Shown piece after piece: positions 57,473 to 64,000 of a DNA stretch of 64,000 nt. Where the stretch lies: contig CM022669.1 in NCBI GenBank assembly GCA_012295275.1, positions 6,696,001-6,760,000 on the forward strand. Reading direction: 5' to 3'. Source of the stretch: Chrysomallon squamiferum. Lineage: Eukaryota; Animalia; Mollusca. The position numbers were made by a program, and so were the translations under genes. Numbering within the stretch: position 1 is the stretch's first letter; every line of letters begins with the position of its first letter. Under the pieces are notes generated by a model, which was given only the letters and a program-made list of their open reading frames with translations, made no database searches and had not been told where the DNA came from.

Positions 57473-57919
57473 TAATAATAATAATAAGCTAACAATATCA
57501 ATAATGATGTAAATAAATATATACAAAATAAAAGAAAAAGAAATTTTTCTCTTTAACTACCCTTCCTATTTCCTTTGACTGAAATCAATGGCAAGCACTC
57601 ATTTCACCCATCCATCCTAAAATGTTATTCTTTTTCAGTTGTTATAGAAGCCCTTTTGCAACCTTGAAATTCACATATTTCTTCAAACAAAGAGTGCTGT
57701 AATTCCCAAAGTTAATATATAACCCAAACCATAATTTACTAGAAATCATTTAATTTTGCCAGTTTTAAACATAAAACAACACACAACCAAACTTCTCTGG
57801 ATGACTGGTTATTTTAGTGAAATATTTTATCAAACATATTTTTTTTTAAATTTAAAATTGGTTTGGCAATTTTTAATGTAATTTGCTCTTTCTTATTCAA
57901 ATGAAATTTTATTGTAACC

Positions 57920-57950
<31 letters not shown>

Positions 57951-59850
57951 TTAATAGCAAAAGCCAAACTATTTATTTCTTATAAAAGGAAAATGAAGAA
58001 ATATTTTACCATTTTGTTCAAAAACCTTTATTTAACAGCCACCCTACTGCATGCAACATTTAGTCAGTTCTTGCAATCTTTAAATGATTCTGAATGTGAG
58101 TTATCAGATTTATTTTTGACAGTGAGGTGGCCATTTCATAAACAGTTTTTATTGGTTATCTTTGCAAATCAAAGAAGTCTGGCTGCATTAAAACTGGTCA
58201 GATATCCTGCAATTTCTGTTTTATGAGCAACATGACTGAACGTGACTACCTGATGTTAGTAAGAAAACTTTGAAAAAGCTCTGTGAAATTTTGTTTGAAG
58301 TAATGAAATAAGTAACCTATTTTATTTTATTTGTTAATTTATGCTTTATGTAATTTTTATTACAATTCTGCTCTGACAAAACAAAAGGTCTGTAAGAGAA
58401 TGATAAAAATAAAATTGAAAAAAAAAGTGAAAAGAATAATAATTTAAATTTATTTTTAGAAATCTTATTTTGAAAGGAGTTATAAAAGGATAGCAATTTA
58501 AAGTTTATATTTCAATCACAGTTTTCTATCTTTGGCAGGCAGTCACATTCTAAAATAAGTCAAGTCAATTTTTTGTATCCAGCCCTCTCTAGCAAACTTA
58601 ACCCTTGTCACACTAAAACAACAACTTTTCAGTCAGTTCAACAAGTTCACAGCAAACTGAATTCAATCTGATGATGTTCCACAGCTACCAACAAAAATAT
58701 AGAAATGCCTGAAATTAAGAGAGTATACTGTTCGAATTTTTACAGCTTGTCTGGTCTTCAGATATCTGCACAAAAAATAATTTTCTTTTCTTTCTTTTTC
58801 TTTTTCTAAAATTTTTTAAAAGTGAGCCATAATGTTAGTAAGAGAGAGCAGATTTTGAAAACTGATGGATTATAAAAGTCGTGGCTGAAATGAATGAACA
58901 GTGCTGTTAAAAATCAACTTCTCCATAAATCTGATCAAAGATGTAGAACTGTTTAGCTGAAAGAATGTTTAGCTTTACCACTAGTACATCTGAACTATAT
59001 GAAATAAAAAGCAATATGAATGAAGTGCCAGTTCTAATTTCTAAAAATGAACGAAGATGAAGGTGGTTAATTCAATGCAAACTGAAGTAAGAAAAATTGA
59101 ACATTTGCTGAAGCTATTTTCCTTATTTCTGAAAAAAAAAAAAAAAAAAAAAGAAACATTAAGAAACATTATTGCCACTAAAACAGAAAAATCTTTCTAA
59201 AGTAAAAATGCAGAATTTAAAAGAGTTGAAATTTCTTCTTCTTCTTGTTTTTTTTTTTTTTTTTTTTTTTTGTCACCAGAACCTACAACACTGCACAACA
59301 TTCACAATTCAACAGTTTTAATATCAATCTTTTACAACAATAGTTTACACTAAATTAAAACATATCATAAATAAAGATTTAAAATCTTTAAGCAGATCAC
59401 TCCTCAAACCAATTCTTTCCTTAGAATGAAAAATCTTCTCCAGTCTGTTTCTGGGTACCTTTGGCAACCAGGATTCTTCACACTGACGACTGAAAATACT
59501 GTCACAGCTTGAAAAGAAAATAATCCATCATACATGTTAGTGCAGACTTACTATGCTGCTGTATTCCTGCTAGCAACGTCGCTGTAGCAGGGGAAATGGT
59601 GGGCGGCATCGCAGCCAACACCTGCTGAAACTGGGCATACTCCTGCTGCACCTAGAAGATAACATACCACGATGTGGGGTTACAGGGCCGCAAAGCCAAA
59701 AACAAAAATAAATATCTACATACAGAAATAGTGTACCATTTACTGAAAAGCATGATAAGAAATAACAGTAGTCTGAAGTAGGTAGTATCACGAGCATTGT
59801 AACATTTATGAAATTAAAAAAAAAAAATTTATTAATATTTAAAATAATAA

Positions 59851-59901
<51 letters not shown>

Positions 59902-61814
59902 TAGGATATTGAAAATATTTAAGAAAATTATATTTAAATAAATAAGATAATCCAATAAATGTTTTCATGAAGTTCAAGGATCATGATTTACTTCTTGAGA
60001 AGTTTCATATTTGTTATATTTCTGAAAATAGTTTACATAATCAACAGATGCCCAGTTTGAAACATTATGTCTTTTCTTTTCTTCTTTTAATTTTTTAATT
60101 ATATTTTTTTCCTATTATATTTTGTTTTTATTTCAAAATTATAATTTTCTTTATATAATTTTATACATTAAAATAATAAATAGTTCTAAGTTGATTTGTT
60201 GCTTTGTTTTTAGATACAGCTCAAATGATTTTAAATTCTACAGGACCTAATCTTGAACAATAAAATTACAAACATTTTCCTAGTATGTTTCACAAACAAT
60301 GGAACCCTATTATAATACAAATGTGGAAATATATATCTTAGTTTCTTTTACTATCTTTATCTTTTCCTAATTCCCCTCCCCTCCCCAAATTTAAACTGAG
60401 CTGTCCCACTGGTTTCAGTGATTTATTTCTCCTTACTGGCACATAACAAGTAACTATAAATTCAAAATAACATTTATAATTTTATTTTGTCAATTTTCAA
60501 TGGAAAAAGACCAAATTTCAGTCCTCTGACCCAACAGCATTGTAATCTAAAATCTGGTTTGTAAGATGTTTACAAAATTATTGGTCACCTTTGGGCAGCT
60601 TTCTGCTGTTGATATTTTGCTTTGGCTTTTTTTTTAAAAAAAAAAAAAAAAAAATTACAGGAGTTGGAAATCATAACTGGATCAGAAATTGCATTATAAT
60701 AGGTTCCACCATTTTACTTACCACTGACTGAATGGAGAAAAAACCTTTGATCATTATAAATATTCAGTACAATTCCCATCAGCTCTGTTTACTGACTTAC
60801 TCGTTATAATTATCCAAATGTTAATTAAAAAAAAATCAAAAACATATTTTGAATAATTTCAAATTTTTTAGTTACTGATTTGTTTAGATACAAGAAAAGC
60901 TGTTCCCCATTCAGATATATATGATCATTATGTCTAACACAGGAAGCAAAAAGCATTCTTAATACAAGAACAGCATTCTGATGGTCACTTTAACGAGTCA
61001 CACCATAATTCTAACAATGCCATGAAAGCTTAGTCAAAGGATCATTATTTAAAGGTAGTCAACAAAAGTGTCCCCATGGGTTGAGTTTTCCATTATAAGC
61101 TTTACAATACAATCATTTGATGATTTGTAAAGATAATTTTCAACAGCAGTCTTGTTTTTCCTTAAAGAAATGACAGAAAGAGAGACTGGGTGTCTCAGAC
61201 AAAATGAAAGATTAATGTCTTCAGATTTAAGTAATTAAAACATTTTATTCCAACACAAGGAAGACCTGAAAATGGACTTTGACAAGATAAAAATTAGTGT
61301 GACAGGGACCAAATCTGGCTAGAACTATAAAAATTATTATCATTACGTTTACCTCGTCCAAACCTGGCAGTCTTCACCTTCGGCAAAAAATTATTATTAA
61401 CATGGATACAACTTTGTGAATGTTATGAATATTCAAAATGATTTCACTTTGTAATTTTTTTTCATTAAATTACTGTTGTTTTGTTTGTTTTTTTTCTTAT
61501 TTTTTTTTTTTTTTTTTTTTTTTTTCTACTTTTTTTTTTTTTTTTTGATTTTTTTTTTTTTTTGTGGTTTTAGAATCAGAGCTGCCAACATAATAATTAT
61601 CTACATTTAATTTTAACATAACATGAAATTTTAATTTTATTTTTTTTATTTTTTTTTCATTTTTGATGTAATTTTTCCGTGTGATAATTCTCCATTTGCC
61701 GGTTATAATAGTAATAATTTCAATGGCTGTTACACTAATAATTTAAAAGAATTAAAACTTGTGAGAATTATAAAACTTGCAACAAACTGCCTCAAAAAAA
61801 AACTAAAATAAAAA

Positions 61815-61856
<42 letters not shown>

Positions 61857-63823
61857 TTATTATTTGAAATATTTAATATCATCTGTTCAGTAGTCATTTA
61901 AATCCCTTGAATTTGCTAAGAAAAATGGAAATCATATTTACAGGTATCTGTGAGTCTTATATGAAATAGAAATATATAATTTACAAAAGAAAATTTATTA
62001 CAGCTGTGATTATATTAGCTGTTAGCAGCTCTGTTGTAATTTATTTAAGTTAATTAGTAAACAGCATCTTGGAAAAAGTGCCATCTGCAAAGGAACGGTC
62101 ATTATTTTGATATATATTTATACAACACAAAAATAATTTAACACACTGAAAAAGTATGAGTAAACAATAAGCTTTTGTTCTTGCAAGCTAAGCAAAAAAT
62201 AACTAGAAAAATATTTAGGACTACAAAATCCAAAGTTTAATAACGAAAAAATAAGAAATAGAATATATGTATATAGATAGAAATTATAAAAAATATTCAA
62301 CGAATTATCATGCAAGTTTTACGTTTAAATGTTACAAAATGATGTTAACATTTAATCGGAAAAGATTATGTGTGTGTGAATGACATGTATGATAGTAATG
62401 GTTAGGAGCAGATAGAGAAACTTACTGTTTGTATCAAATTCTCAGCCAGCTGTTTTGCCTGCTGCAGTCCAAGTAAAGTAGGATGTCTGAAAGTTTGAAT
62501 TAATAATTTAATGTTTATCATAAACTTACAATATTAAATATTATTATTATTATTATTATTATTTTGAAAGTTTTATCAAGTTAGGAAACTGAAAAGTAGT
62601 TGACATTTTGCATTTGACAATGAAATAACTATAAAATATATCGTAAATATTTAACTGAAAAAAACCCATTGTACAAAGATTTTCACCAGGCAGAAAATAA
62701 AGTCACATTAAAAAATTATTATAAAAGTGATTTATGTAAAACTCACTGAATGTGAACATGCATGGGTTCAAAAGCCTCTCTGCCTGATGTTGGTTCCAGA
62801 AAACCTGATCCTTTTCCTCTCAGAGTCACTTTGGCTCCTGTCTCATTGGCAATGTGTTGTAAAAAACTACCCTGTAAAAATATTTATAATCAAATAAAAT
62901 ACATATTTACATCACAAAATATCCATAAATTATTACTGTTACCTGCAAATATATTTGTAAAAGAAATAATTTTTAAAGCTTAACCAATCAAAATTATTAT
63001 TACCACATTGGTTGAAATGTGTAGGTTGAAATGTGGAAGTACAAATGTGAAACCAGAGCACCAGACAAGAAAGGGAGACAAGTGCAGACTGCAGTCATCA
63101 CAAATTATTTTTTTCTTGGTACTAATTCAACATTGATCTTTTATGATGGTTGATGTCTATCAGATACATTAATTTAATTCAAAAGAAATGAAAAAAAAAA
63201 ATCAGAATTTGTATGTTTCTGTCTTCAGATTATGAATATTATGAAAAGAAAAATTTGGCATACCCCTGGACCAAACACCTTCTGTTTGACATCAAAGTTT
63301 GGTGGTGCATGTTCCAAACCAATATACAGTTTCTCTTGTACAAATGCAAGCTATAATAATAAAACATTAAATTAATTTTATTTTATTTCATTTTATTCAG
63401 TATTTTAATACCTAGAAATGTCTTGAATTAAGTATTATATTTGTTCAGTCTTACATTATTTTAAAAATGGAGAAGAAAATTTCAGTCAGATCTTCAATGA
63501 ATAAGCACACTGCTAGATACTTGACTGACAAGTCATTCATGAAGTAATAGTAACTGATCAGCTGTGAGATATAATGTTTTAGTATTGCTATTAACATAAG
63601 TAAACAAATCTGAAAAGGAAGGGTACAATCTGAATTAAAAGATAAAAATCTTAACAACAACTTACCCTAGGTGACTGCTGACACATTGGGGGTGGTGGTT
63701 GACTGGTGTTGATGGGTGGTCCAAGGCGGGGTCCAGGACCTGCCGGTCTCACTGCCGGTGAAAACCGTGTACTGCGAGTTTTCATTCCTTGCTGAATGAT
63801 CTCATTGATTCTGTTCACTGCAC
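48204..63823 (-). CDS. KHDC4: KH homology domain-containing protein 4 (BLOM7/KIAA0907, splicing-associated RNA-binding protein), 5'-partial, 15 exons
   Basis: Exons in transcript order, all GT-AG and phase-consistent: 63666-63823, 63264-63350, 62747-62871, 62426-62486, 59552-59651, 55896-55988, 55142-55279, 54290-54391, 53624-53758, 52883-53133, 51860-52054, 51245-51381, 50879-50940, 49631-49711, 48204-49165. Peptides match KHDC4 as I recall it: AVNRINEII; [70 protein letters not shown]; [16 protein letters not shown]; KRRFTEE...[14 protein letters not shown]; DKQLMPPP; VAFYGSDEEE; terminal PFW. Confidence 0.95.
52058..52228. repeat. Intronic minisatellite of about 24 bp (approximately AATAAAATGATAAACAGATAATAC) next to a KHDC4 3' splice site
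   Basis: About 7 degenerate units directly upstream, in transcript sense, of exon 51860-52054. Confidence 0.65.
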
Positions 63824-64000
63824 CTGAACAGTAATAAAATACAGGGATAAAATACCATAAATAAATATTTATTCTCTTTGTACTCACCGTTGCTTACAAG
63901 ATTCATTAAGTTATTTTTAATTTTAGGTGAGAAAAATTTTAAAAATTTCAGTGAAAGATACTTTGAGATTAATAAAAGTAAATAAACATGAGATTTTCTA

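Noticed and set aside
55989-62425. Intronic box C/D snoRNAs or a nested gene in the large KHDC4 introns
   Set aside because: C-box-like RTGATGA motifs (about 56431 and 57075, minus strand) lack a suitably placed D box and terminal stem, and I saw no credible nested ORF.
63888-63910. Donor-like ACG|GTGAGT as the end of the next upstream KHDC4 exon
   Set aside because: The preceding translation does not resemble the expected KH1 segment and the sequence is AT-rich like an intron. The true exon is probably outside the window.

Overview
AT-rich, microsatellite-dense animal genomic DNA with spliceosomal introns. TTAGGG-type repeats and gene style suggest an invertebrate, possibly a mollusc (inference only). 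From left to right it holds: (1) the TM1-TM6 exon of a class A GPCR on the minus strand; (2) a head-to-head cluster of six galactose-3-O-sulfotransferase (GAL3ST-family) paralogs, three on the minus strand (A-C, 7.1-20.8 kb) and three on the plus strand (D-F, 28.3-46.4 kb); (3) 15 exons of KHDC4/BLOM7 on the minus strand (48.2-63.8 kb, 5' end outside the window). Each GAL3ST membrane anchor plus catalytic domain lies in one large exon that starts in intron phase 2, and I could reconstruct small leader exons for five of the six copies. Four copies carry a single 1-nt frameshift. The centre of the cluster is a duplicated and partly inverted block containing degenerate interstitial TTAGGG arrays and SINE-like repeats. 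A MITE pair and a decayed Tc1/mariner element are also present. The best candidate for something undescribed is the modular sulfotransferase array, in which copy A appears to lack its own leader exon and could be an alternative terminal exon of copy B. All alignments and counts were done by eye.
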